This document shows, one piece after another, positions 10,103 through 18,978 of a stretch of DNA of 64,000 nt (positions are counted from its first letter, which is position 1; each line of letters opens with the position of its first letter). Origin of the DNA: Candidatus Nomurabacteria bacterium (GTDB lineage Bacteria; Patescibacteriota; Minisyncoccia; Phycocordibacterales; UBA918); the NCBI GenBank assembly GCA_023898565.1, contig CP060228.1:696995-760994 (forward strand). Direction: 5' to 3'. The position numbers and the translations under genes were made by a program. The notes beneath the pieces were generated by a model that was not told where the DNA came from, ran no database searches, and was given only the letters and a program-made list of their open reading frames with translations.

Positions 10103-11407
10103 ATGAAGAAGGAGAAGAACATCATCGTGTACGTTATGAACTTGCCTGCTGGTACGGTAGAAGCGGTTCGTGAGTACGAAAAGACTTTAGGACATCAACT
10201 GCAGATTATGTTGTTGCGTGATTCTCGCGTTCCAGATAAGAAGGGTCTTTCGAGTACTCCAGGCTTAGATATTCTAATTTCATGCGACTTCTCCAAGCCA
10301 GAAAAGATTGCCGAGGCGCTGTTGCCGTATGAAGACGAACTTCTGGCTATTACCTGCCGCTCGGAGCAGAGCATGGCGCGGTTTGCTGATGTGCTTCCGC
10401 ATGTGCCGTACTTGCGCACTCCTACGACAGAATCCCTTCGTTGGGCGAGTGATAAATATGAAATGCGTAAGCGTTTCAAGGTGTATGATCCAAAAATTAC
10501 CCCGAAGTTTACGCTAGTCAAAAAGAACTCCAAACCGGAGCGTGATCGGGTAATTAAGAAAATCGGCTTTCCGATGATTATTAAGCCAACTAATATGGCA
10601 GCTAGTCTTTTTGTGACCATTTGTTATCACGAAGAAGAGCTGGATTATGCACTCCGGACAATTTTTCGAAAGATTAAAAGGGCGTACGAAAATGACAACC
10701 GACTGGAAGAGCCTAAAGTAATCGCTGAAGAATATATGGACGGCGATTTGTACTCAATTGATTCGTACGTGGATTCTCGCGGTAAGGTATATCACTGCCC
10801 GCTAGTGCGCCAAATTACTGCCAAGAAAAATGGCCATGACGATTTTTATAATTATCTGCAAATGACCCCGTCTGGCTTAAAATCAGAAACGGTGGCTAAG
10901 GCAGAGTTGGCGGCAGAAAAGGCGACTCATGCCCTTGGGCTGCGCAGCTCGATTGTGCACTCTGAGCTTATGAAGGTAGATGACGAGTGGAAAATTGTGG
11001 AGGTGGCTGCGCGTATGGGTGGGTACCGACATCTCCTTCATAAGCTTAGCTGTGATATTAACCATGCGCTCAATGATGTTTTAATTCGCATTCCAAAGAA
11101 GCCAATTATTCCTAAAAAATGTAAGGGGTACGCTTGCGCGATGAAGTGGTTTGCGGCTAAGGAGGGAAAGATTACTGAACTTAAAGGTATCAAAAAAATT
11201 GAAGCGCTTGAGTCTTTCCACAAAATTGACGTAAAAAAGAAAGTGGGCGATCGAGCAGTGTTTGCGCGCAACGGTGGTCGGTCAGTGTTTGATCTTTTCT
11301 TGTATAACGATGATCGTTCTAAGTTGTTGGCTGATATTAGGCGTGCAGAGAAGTTGGTTGAGGTGAAGGTGGCAGCACGTACGGGTGGTAAGAAGAAGGT
11401 TGTGTAG
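10103..11407 (+). CDS. ATP-grasp domain carboxylate-amine/amino-acid ligase
   Basis: ATP-grasp motifs KIGFPMIIKP, VIAEEYMDGDLYSIDSYVD, HSELMKVDDEWKIVEVAARMGG. Lys-rich C-terminal tail. Immediately follows the Mur-ligase gene. Confidence 0.6.
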   Translation: MKKEKNIIVYVMNLPAGTVEAVREYEKTLGHQLQIMLLRDSRVPDKKGLSSTPGLDILISCDFSKPEKIAEALLPYEDELLAITCRSEQSMARFADVLPHVPYLRTPTTESLRWASDKYEMRKRFKVYDPKITPKFTLVKKNSKPERDRVIKKIGFPMIIKPTNMAASLFVTICYHEEELDYALRTIFRKIKRAYENDNRLEEPKVIAEEYMDGDLYSIDSYVDSRGKVYHCPLVRQITAKKNGHDDFYNYLQMTPSGLKSETVAKAELAAEKATHALGLRSSIVHSELMKVDDEWKIVEVAARMGGYRHLLHKLSCDINHALNDVLIRIPKKPIIPKKCKGYACAMKWFAAKEGKITELKGIKKIEALESFHKIDVKKKVGDRAVFARNGGRSVFDLFLYNDDRSKLLADIRRAEKLVEVKVAARTGGKKKVV

Positions 11408-11424
11408 GGCGGGGCGACTGTGCA

Positions 11425-11457
11425 AAGGGCGGCAGCCTTCGGCTGCCGCCCTTTGCT
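11425..11457 (+). terminator. intrinsic terminator followed directly by a TATAAT promoter box
   Basis: aaagggcggcagcc-ttc-ggctgccgcccttt hairpin then T-run; TATAAT at 11457-11462. Confidence 0.6.
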
Positions 11458-11468
11458 ATAATACACAC

Positions 11469-12248
11469 ATGTTCAGAACACGAGATTTTTTGCTGTTGTT
11501 CACCACGATCGTTTTTCTGATAGTTGCTATCGGAACAACAATCTTTTCGGAGTGGACTGGTACTTCAAGTGCCAAAGATTCACCTTTGCAACCTGTCACG
11601 GCAGTGCATGATGCGTACACTGCTACGGTGGTTTTGCCAGAGACGCTGTCTCGTCAAGAGCGGCTGGCCGAAATGCGTAGGAAAGTTGCTGAAAGCGAAT
11701 CGTTGATGCTAGCTGCTGCCTCCACTGAAGTGTCAGAGGAGGAATCGACAGCTGAATCAGCTAGCGAAACCGATGGTGGTGTTGTGTCAGTTGCTGTCTC
11801 ATGTCCGGCACCAACGCCGTATGGCGGCATATGGCCTCGTGGTGTTTCGTTTGAGTTACGTGAAGGTGCTCGAGTATTATATACAGAATCTACAGTAGTG
11901 GAGCCCGCGATTGGTACTGGCACTCCGCAGACCACGACTGCGCAAGAAGTGGTCCTCCAATTGCCAGTTCCGTTTGGTCCAGCCCCTAACCCTACTTGCC
12001 CAGCCAATGACGTGATTGGTATAGCACAAGACGGTTCGCTTATCCGCAATACTGAAGTTGGTTTGTACTCGGTTTTTGGAGAGAGTACGCTTATTGGATA
12101 CGCCCTCGACGGATTTCCGATTTACGGTGTTTCAAGTGTGGCTACCGATGAATGCGGTGGTGCGGTGGTGGGCACCTATCGATACTATTTGAGTGATAAT
12201 CGGCCACTTATTTTAAACTGTTATTCAGGAACGCCAGTTAAAATGTAG
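11469..12248 (+). CDS. membrane-anchored secreted protein with a degenerate YHYH-like C-terminal domain
   Basis: ATG at 11469 lies 6 nt after the TATAAT box, so the transcript is probably leaderless. TM anchor, Ser/Glu/Thr-rich linker. C-terminal GYALDGFPIYG motif with YRYY in place of YHYH. Confidence 0.4.
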   Translation: MFRTRDFLLLFTTIVFLIVAIGTTIFSEWTGTSSAKDSPLQPVTAVHDAYTATVVLPETLSRQERLAEMRRKVAESESLMLAAASTEVSEEESTAESASETDGGVVSVAVSCPAPTPYGGIWPRGVSFELREGARVLYTESTVVEPAIGTGTPQTTTAQEVVLQLPVPFGPAPNPTCPANDVIGIAQDGSLIRNTEVGLYSVFGESTLIGYALDGFPIYGVSSVATDECGGAVVGTYRYYLSDNRPLILNCYSGTPVKM

Positions 12249-12251
12249 AGT

Positions 12252-12974
12252 ATGGCTACTTTGATTGTTGACATTGAGACTAAAGGGAAAGATTGGAAGG
12301 AGTTGCCAGGAATTACGCGCGCTGCGCTCACGCACAGGATTGATCGGACAGATATGCAGCCTGACGAAAAGCGCAGAAAGCTCGACGAGATACATTTGCG
12401 TACAGCATTGTCACCCTTCACAGCATCAATTATTTCGCTTGCGGTGTATGATGTGGAGCGCAGAAGTGGTGCGGTGTACTTCGTGTCAGATACACCGGAT
12501 GAGAGTTTTGAGATTGATGGTTTTATCTGCAAGCAGCGAACGGAAAAAGAAATTCTCGAGGATTTTTGGGAAGGAGCGAAAGACTACGATGTGTTTGTAA
12601 CTTTCAACGGACGATCATTTACTGTCCCATTCATCTATCACCGATCAATTACGCTAGGAGTTAAACCAACTGCAGATATCGCGAAACAGCGGTATCTAAC
12701 CAAGCAACATATGCCATATCATATTGATCTTATGGATGAATTCTCTTTTTATGGCGCTATGCAGCATCGACCATCACTTCAGCTTTTGTGTGGTGCGTAT
12801 AGTATTGAAAATCCGAGCGTCCTTGGTGGAGAAGAAATCGCAGCTGCATTTGCCAAGGAGCGGTACCGCGTCATTGCTGAAAAAAACGTCGGTGATGTAC
12901 AGGCAATAACCAAGCTCTACGATAAGTGGCTTCAGTACCTTGCTCCAACATCATTCATAAATTCATTTCTGTAG
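12252..12974 (+). CDS. RNase H-fold 3'-5' exonuclease related to the PolB exonuclease domain
   Basis: N-terminal LIVDIETKG (Exo I-like DxE). About 240 aa standalone, consistent with the DNA_pol_B_exo2-like family. Confidence 0.5.
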   Translation: MATLIVDIETKGKDWKELPGITRAALTHRIDRTDMQPDEKRRKLDEIHLRTALSPFTASIISLAVYDVERRSGAVYFVSDTPDESFEIDGFICKQRTEKEILEDFWEGAKDYDVFVTFNGRSFTVPFIYHRSITLGVKPTADIAKQRYLTKQHMPYHIDLMDEFSFYGAMQHRPSLQLLCGAYSIENPSVLGGEEIAAAFAKERYRVIAEKNVGDVQAITKLYDKWLQYLAPTSFINSFL

Positions 12975-13021
12975 TGTGGGAAATAGGTTTTTACAAACAG
13001 TTTACTTGTTAGTATATACAA

Positions 13022-14194
13022 ATGGAGATTAAGCAGATTTTTGTTGGCGGCTGGTTTCAGCGTACTCGTTTGCACTTAGGTGAAATTTACGACTTTCTGC
13101 GCGTAGCTGAATCGCCACTTGCGCTTGATAAAAAGCGGCTTGAATCTCTTCGAGCTTCTCTAGAAATTGATACTTTAAAGCTTCAGGTTGACCAGCTCGA
13201 ATACATCATGCTCACTAGTGGTGAGGTTAAGGTAAAGATTTTTGAAGACGGATTGATTGTCTTAGGGACGCATCATTCACATGATCTTCAGGCAGATATA
13301 AAACGACTGACGTCATACTATGAGGAGCAGTTATCACCCGCTATTGGCTACATATTCAGCTTGGGTGCGCCTGTGCCGAAGGAGTTGGCAAATATAAAGA
13401 CGGTTTACCCGTATTTTGTAACAACTACAAATGCTTCAGAAAAAAGAGTCAATGAACTGTTTGATGAATTTACGCAAGAACGCTACTTCACTGTAAACGG
13501 TGAGTCTTTTGATATTTATCGCGGAGATAAGTTGTATATTATTAACCAGAACAGTGTCTCTGACGATGAGGTTGAGCGCTTTGTTGGAGAACAGATTTTT
13601 GTACGTGAATTTCGTGGTCAGTTGCACCGCTACTTGAATTTGCATCGTACTATCTGGGAGCGTATCGCTGATGTGGTGGAGCGTGGTGAAATGATTGGTT
13701 CTGATATACCTGCCTTTAAGAGTAAAGTAGATGAGTATGCAAAGACTATTAGTTTCATCGGTACTCGTATTAATCAGATGGACACCTACCTGCTTACACG
13801 AAAGAATGTTTCTGACAGCGATCCAAAGCTTGTTCGATTTCAAGAAGTACTCGGATATAAACATGAAGCGCTTGGTGATACGCTCGAATACATTAAGGAT
13901 ATTTGGACGCTGACACGTGAATACGTTGCTTCGGCTTCGCAGGTCTTTTCAGATTTGGCCGCCAAGAGTACAGGAAATTCAGTAAAAAATCTCACCATTG
14001 TGACGTCCATGGGTGTAGGCGCTACGTTAATTGGGCTCTTTACCACTAAGACATTGCCACAGTTTACGCTGGTTGGAGTCGGGTACTTCTTTGCTTTGGC
14101 ACTACTTGGGTACTTGGTTAATAAAGGTCTTGGTGTCTGGAGTGCGCGCAAGCGCTATCCAATACGCGTAGTCGAGGTAGCAAAAGACATTTAG
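13022..14194 (+). CDS. hypothetical membrane protein with CorA-like architecture (large cytoplasmic domain plus 2 C-terminal TM), GMN motif absent
   Basis: About 330-aa soluble region then two TM helices and a basic C-terminus; no G-M-N signature. Confidence 0.3.
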   Translation: MEIKQIFVGGWFQRTRLHLGEIYDFLRVAESPLALDKKRLESLRASLEIDTLKLQVDQLEYIMLTSGEVKVKIFEDGLIVLGTHHSHDLQADIKRLTSYYEEQLSPAIGYIFSLGAPVPKELANIKTVYPYFVTTTNASEKRVNELFDEFTQERYFTVNGESFDIYRGDKLYIINQNSVSDDEVERFVGEQIFVREFRGQLHRYLNLHRTIWERIADVVERGEMIGSDIPAFKSKVDEYAKTISFIGTRINQMDTYLLTRKNVSDSDPKLVRFQEVLGYKHEALGDTLEYIKDIWTLTREYVASASQVFSDLAAKSTGNSVKNLTIVTSMGVGATLIGLFTTKTLPQFTLVGVGYFFALALLGYLVNKGLGVWSARKRYPIRVVEVAKDI

Positions 14195-14215
14195 TTTTTT
14201 GCTATACTGCCAGAT

Positions 14216-15445
14216 ATGAGTGAAAAGCGATTTCCGGAAGGGTTTTATTGGGGGGCGGCGACTGCGTCGTATCAGGTAGAGGGAGATATTGAAAATACCG
14301 ATTGGGCGGCGGCGGCACGCGCGAAGCGCGTGCCGCCCTGTGGAACGGCTTGTGACCACTATCGTCGTTACGAAGCAGATTTTGATATGGCTAAAGAACT
14401 AGGTCACACGGCGCACCGTTTTTCTGTAGAGTGGGCACGGATTGAGCCGGAAGAAGGGAAGTTTGACACTGATGCAATCGAGCATTATCGTCAGGTATTA
14501 CGCGCTTTGAAAAAACGAAATATTACACCATTTGTAACCATTTGGCACTTCACACTACCGCTTTGGTTTTCAGAAACAGGTGGTTTTGAGAGGAGTGATT
14601 CACCAGAGATATTCGCGCGTTACGCAGCGTTTGTTGTACAAGAGCTGGGGGATTTGTGTGGCCATTTTTCAACCATGAATGAGCCAAATGTATTTGGTAG
14701 CAACGGCTGGCTTCGTGGGAGTTGGCCGCCGTTCAAGCGATTTGCTCTGACTGATTTAGTATCTATTACCAACTCCGGTCGTACGTATGAGGCACAGGCC
14801 AGTCGTGGACTTCGACCGCTTCTACTGTATTGGCGTGTTATGAAGCATCTGGCTTTGGCGCATAATGCAGCGTACCAGGCGATTAAACAAGTATCGCCAG
14901 ACACTGAAGTGAGTGTGGTGAAGCACGTGATTGTATTCGCAGCGAACTGGAACCCGTTTAATAAAATCAAAGCGGCCATTGCCAATTACGCCTGGACAAG
15001 CATCTTTATGAGTCGCACGCAGCGTCATTGTGATTCAATTGGACTTAATTACTATTTTTACACGCAGTTTGGTGACAAGCGTCACTGGAAAAAGACTGAT
15101 ATGGATTGGAATTTTGCCCCAGAGCATATCTATGATGCACTCATGATGTTGGCGAAATACAAGAAGCCACTGTTTGTTTCAGAAGGTGGCTTGGCTGATC
15201 ACGACGATTCCGACCGAGCTGAGTATATCAAGAAACAAGTAGCAGCTACTTGGCAAGCAATTCAAGACGGAGCAGATGTACGCGGTCATTTGTATTGGTC
15301 GCTTATGGATAATTATGAGTGGGCACTTGGGTTTGAAAAACAGTTCGGTCTAATTAAGATCAATTATGATACGCTCGAGCGAGAAGTGCGCCCTTCCGCC
15401 TACGTGTACAAAGAAATAATCGAAGGAAATGCCGTAGTAGAATAA
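14216..15445 (+). CDS. glycoside hydrolase family 1 (beta-glucosidase/6-phospho-beta-glucosidase-like)
   Basis: FPEGFYWGAATASYQVEGD N-terminal signature; acid/base TMNEPN; nucleophile region FVSEGG. Confidence 0.8.
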   Translation: MSEKRFPEGFYWGAATASYQVEGDIENTDWAAAARAKRVPPCGTACDHYRRYEADFDMAKELGHTAHRFSVEWARIEPEEGKFDTDAIEHYRQVLRALKKRNITPFVTIWHFTLPLWFSETGGFERSDSPEIFARYAAFVVQELGDLCGHFSTMNEPNVFGSNGWLRGSWPPFKRFALTDLVSITNSGRTYEAQASRGLRPLLLYWRVMKHLALAHNAAYQAIKQVSPDTEVSVVKHVIVFAANWNPFNKIKAAIANYAWTSIFMSRTQRHCDSIGLNYYFYTQFGDKRHWKKTDMDWNFAPEHIYDALMMLAKYKKPLFVSEGGLADHDDSDRAEYIKKQVAATWQAIQDGADVRGHLYWSLMDNYEWALGFEKQFGLIKINYDTLEREVRPSAYVYKEIIEGNAVVE

Positions 15446-15452
15446 GGGTGAT

Positions 15453-16385
15453 ATGGGATGGATTTTGCTTGCTACGGCTGGACAGTTCTTGAACGCGATT
15501 GTTGCTCTGTTCGATAAATATATTGTTTCTGACGAAAAGGTGTTGCCGCGACCATTTGTGTACGCTTTTTACTCATGCTTGGTTACAGGTGGTTGGGTAA
15601 TCATTTTTTTCTTAGGTTGGATACCCGGGCTCTCGGAGCTCGGCGTGCCGTCTCTTGAGAACGTACATAAGCCAACGATTCAAGTGGTGAGCATGGCAAT
15701 GTTGGCAGCGTACACATTTTTTATTGCACTAGTTTCGATGTACGATGCACTGCGACGAGCGGATGCTTCAACTGCCATGCCAATTATTGGGGCTGTTTCA
15801 GCTCTATCCTCGTTTGGGCTCAGCCATATTTTTTTAGAAACAAAACTGCATGACACGTTTATTGTCGGCGTCGTACTTCTTTCAGTTGGTACTTTATTGG
15901 TAGCACAGACTTTGCCGAGAGTAGACACGGTGGTGCAAGTGTTCCATAGCGGACTTTTTTTTGCGTTGCACTATATTACGATGAAGGGGCTGTTCATTGA
16001 GACTGGTTTTGATGATGGTTTTTTCTGGTCGCGTATCGGTTTTGTTATCTTTACGCTTTCTCTGCTCTTGGTGCCAGCGTATTTCGATAAGGTTCGTACC
16101 CAAACGAAACAAGCAACCAAAAAGACAGGCATGATCGTGTTATTGGCAAAAGTATTTGCTGGCGTAGCTGCATTTATGTTGCTGAAGGCGACTGACTTAG
16201 GTGATGCTTCAGTGGTGCAGGCGCTTGGTGGCTTGCAGTACGTTTTTATTTTGCTGATTGGATTTTTGTTTGCTCACTGGTTACCGGAATCCGCAACAGA
16301 CAAAGACACTCGACCTCAAACCACTTTTCGTCGCATGTTGTATGTAGTGGTGATTTTGGTTGGGTATGTCGTACTTTTTACGTGA
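15453..16385 (+). CDS. polytopic membrane transporter, EamA/DMT-like
   Basis: About 10 TM helices in two similar halves; located between two glycoside hydrolase genes. Confidence 0.4.
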   Translation: MGWILLATAGQFLNAIVALFDKYIVSDEKVLPRPFVYAFYSCLVTGGWVIIFFLGWIPGLSELGVPSLENVHKPTIQVVSMAMLAAYTFFIALVSMYDALRRADASTAMPIIGAVSALSSFGLSHIFLETKLHDTFIVGVVLLSVGTLLVAQTLPRVDTVVQVFHSGLFFALHYITMKGLFIETGFDDGFFWSRIGFVIFTLSLLLVPAYFDKVRTQTKQATKKTGMIVLLAKVFAGVAAFMLLKATDLGDASVVQALGGLQYVFILLIGFLFAHWLPESATDKDTRPQTTFRRMLYVVVILVGYVVLFT

Positions 16386-16400
16386 TACCATTAAGCGATT

Positions 16401-17426
16401 GTGATCATGTGGAAGAAACTATTTTATGTTGTACTTGGTTTGGCTGCGGTAACGGTTTTTACATTAGTGCTTTTAGCACAAAAACCCACGCCTCTACATA
16501 TCACGTATGGCATGTCATTTAACACGCCATATGCACGTGAGCTTGGTCTAAACTGGCGTGAGACATACGATGCAATTCTCGATGATTTGCAAGTACGGCA
16601 CTTACGGTTGGCGGCGCACTGGCCAATGATTGAGCCGATGCCTGGCGTCTACAACTTTGAGGAGCTTGACTATCAGGTAGAACGAGCTGAAGCAGTGGGG
16701 GCTGAAGTAGTGCTTGCTGTGGGGCGGCGTTTGCCTCGGTGGCCTGAGTGTCATGTTCCTAGATGGGCTGCAGACTTAGAGCGTAGCGAGCGGCAGGCGG
16801 CGCAACTGCGCTATATGGAGCAGGTTATCGAGCGGTACAAACGGAGTCCGGCAGTAACAGTGTGGCAAATAGAAAACGAACCGTTTCTTGAAGTGTTTGC
16901 GTATGAGCATTGTGGCGAGCTTGATGTAGCGTTTCTTGAAAAAGAAATTGCACTGGCGCATGAGCTGGATCCAACCCGGTTGGTTTTGGTAACCGACAGC
17001 GGTAATTTGGGTACCTGGCACGGTGCGTATCAGCGAGGTGATATGTTCGGCACGAGCGTATACGTCCACTTTTGGAATCCCGAGCTTGGTCAATTTAGGA
17101 CGATTTTGCCACCGTTTGCGTATCGAGTGAAAGACAATTTTATGCAGATGGTTTATGGCAATAAGCCGAGTGTGTTGATTGAATTATCGGCAGAACCATG
17201 GCTCCTAGAGCCAGTGGTGGACGTGCCGCTTGAGGTGCAGTTTACCCGTATGAATTTGGAGAAGTTTGAAGACATTTTAACCTATGCGCGAAAAACTCGA
17301 TTTGAACAGCAGTATCTTTGGGGTGCGGAGTGGTGGTATTGGCTAAAGCTGCAAGGACGAGACGAAATGTGGGAGCGCGGCAAGCAGCTGTTTATGAAAG
17401 ACGAGCAGGAATCTAATCGTATATAG
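16401..17426 (+). CDS. clan GH-A glycoside hydrolase (GH5/GH113-like), secreted or membrane-anchored
   Basis: N-terminal TM/signal; WQIENEPF acid/base motif; RLAAHWPMIEP TIM-barrel strand. Confidence 0.5.
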   Translation: MIMWKKLFYVVLGLAAVTVFTLVLLAQKPTPLHITYGMSFNTPYARELGLNWRETYDAILDDLQVRHLRLAAHWPMIEPMPGVYNFEELDYQVERAEAVGAEVVLAVGRRLPRWPECHVPRWAADLERSERQAAQLRYMEQVIERYKRSPAVTVWQIENEPFLEVFAYEHCGELDVAFLEKEIALAHELDPTRLVLVTDSGNLGTWHGAYQRGDMFGTSVYVHFWNPELGQFRTILPPFAYRVKDNFMQMVYGNKPSVLIELSAEPWLLEPVVDVPLEVQFTRMNLEKFEDILTYARKTRFEQQYLWGAEWWYWLKLQGRDEMWERGKQLFMKDEQESNRI

Positions 17427-17433
17427 AAAGCGT

Positions 17434-18618
17434 ATGGAATCTGGAAACATCGCAAAAGCAATCTTTGTCAGTAGTGTCACGAGCGTTCTGGTAGTCTTTT
17501 CGGCTCTTTATATTGCGCGTGTTCAGATAGCGCAATTGATTAGTCCGGCTGTGTCAGAGCCATCAAGTGTGTCGGCTTCAGGCCAGGATCTAATTATCGA
17601 TACAATTGCCGCCGTCAATCCGGCAGTTGTGTCAGTGATTATTACGAAAGATGTACCGGTGTATGAACGCTATTATGAATCATACGACCCTTGGGGTGTG
17701 TTTGGTGGCTTTAGTATTCCCCGGGTACGCGAAAATGGCACCGAAGAGCGAGAAGTTGGTGGTGGTTCAGGGTTTATTGTGAGCAATGACGGATTGATTG
17801 TAACTAATCGTCATGTTGTTGAAGACGAAGCTGCACGCTATTCTGTTTTGCTAAACGATGGCACGTCATATGCGGTTGATGTTCTCGCGCGTGATCCGCA
17901 GCTAGACATTGCAATTCTGAAAATCAATGAGCCTCTGCAGGCCGCGCTTACGTATCTCACGTTTGGAAATTCAGAATCATTACGGCTCGGGGAGCCGGTC
18001 ATCGCGATTGGTAACGCTCTGGCTGAATTTCGAAATTCCGTCTCAGTGGGAGTAGTGTCTGGTTTGTCGCGTTCAATAATGGCCTCAGACGGCATGGGAC
18101 ATAGTGAACAATTAGACGAGGTGATCCAAACAGATGCTGCGATTAATCCAGGCAATTCAGGTGGTCCGCTACTAAATGTCGCGGGTGAGGTCATAGGGGT
18201 TAATGTGGCAACATCGCGAGGCGCAGATAACATTGGCTTTGCGCTGCCAGCGCATGTGGTGCGTGGAGTCGTCGAATCAGTAAAAGAGTATGGAGAGATA
18301 GTTCGCCCGTTTTTGGGTGTGAGGTATGTGAAAGTAACTGAACAGTTGGCTACGTTGAACAATCTTTCAGTTGATTATGGGGTGTTGGTACTTCGTGGCG
18401 AGAGTGCAGATGAATTGGCTGTGCTGCCGGGTTCGCCAGCGGACAAGGCTGGTATTGCAGAAAACACCATCATTTTAGAAATTGATGGTGAGGAGTTGCG
18501 TGATATGGATCTAGCGGCAGTGCTGCGTCAGAAAAAAGTGGGGCAGACAATCACACTTACAATTTTACAGGACAAAGAGGAGAAAGTCGTTTCGGTAACT
18601 CTTGAGAAGGCGTTATAA
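17434..18618 (+). CDS. htrA: HtrA/DegP-family serine protease with C-terminal PDZ domain
   Basis: Catalytic triad context TNRHVV, D, GNSGGPLLN; C-terminal PDZ segment; N-terminal TM. Confidence 0.8.
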   Translation: MESGNIAKAIFVSSVTSVLVVFSALYIARVQIAQLISPAVSEPSSVSASGQDLIIDTIAAVNPAVVSVIITKDVPVYERYYESYDPWGVFGGFSIPRVRENGTEEREVGGGSGFIVSNDGLIVTNRHVVEDEAARYSVLLNDGTSYAVDVLARDPQLDIAILKINEPLQAALTYLTFGNSESLRLGEPVIAIGNALAEFRNSVSVGVVSGLSRSIMASDGMGHSEQLDEVIQTDAAINPGNSGGPLLNVAGEVIGVNVATSRGADNIGFALPAHVVRGVVESVKEYGEIVRPFLGVRYVKVTEQLATLNNLSVDYGVLVLRGESADELAVLPGSPADKAGIAENTIILEIDGEELRDMDLAAVLRQKKVGQTITLTILQDKEEKVVSVTLEKAL

Positions 18619-18645
18619 TAATCACAAGGAAATTAGGTTACCTGC

Positions 18646-18819
18646 ATGAGTTTTTTTCGTTTCGCATTTTCATTTCTGTATGTTCGCAACTGGCACTCTG
18701 GTCAAAAGGAGTTATCGAGGCCGCGAGTAGCAGTGTTCTGTGGTGGGCTTTTTTTGCTTGTCTTAGGACTTGCTATTATTAGTGTCTTACAGACACCGGT
18801 GGTGTATGTAGCGGTATGA
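18646..18819 (+). CDS. unannotated small hydrophobic ORF (57 aa)
   Basis: Read directly from sequence: MSFFRFAFSFLYVRNWHSGQKELSRPRVAVFCGGLFLLVLGLAIISVLQTPVVYVAV. Below the ORF-track size cutoff; weak SD. Confidence 0.25.
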   Translation: MSFFRFAFSFLYVRNWHSGQKELSRPRVAVFCGGLFLLVLGLAIISVLQTPVVYVAV

Positions 18820-18914
18820 GGAAATTCCTGATTACCAACGCTGCGTTATTGCTGCTTGCCCTCATTCTCGTGGTACTTTTGTGGCTTAAGGTGTCTGGGG
18901 TCGGGGATTTATAA
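18816..18914 (+). CDS. unannotated small hydrophobic ORF (32 aa), translationally coupled to the previous one by an ATGA overlap
   Basis: MRKFLITNAALLLLALILVVLLWLKVSGVGDL; its ATG overlaps the TGA stop of the upstream small ORF. Confidence 0.25.
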   Translation: MRKFLITNAALLLLALILVVLLWLKVSGVGDL

Positions 18915-18978
18915 TTCGTGGGTAGCTGCGTTTACATAGGAGCATAACCAACGTATACTAGGCTTATAATTCAATGTT

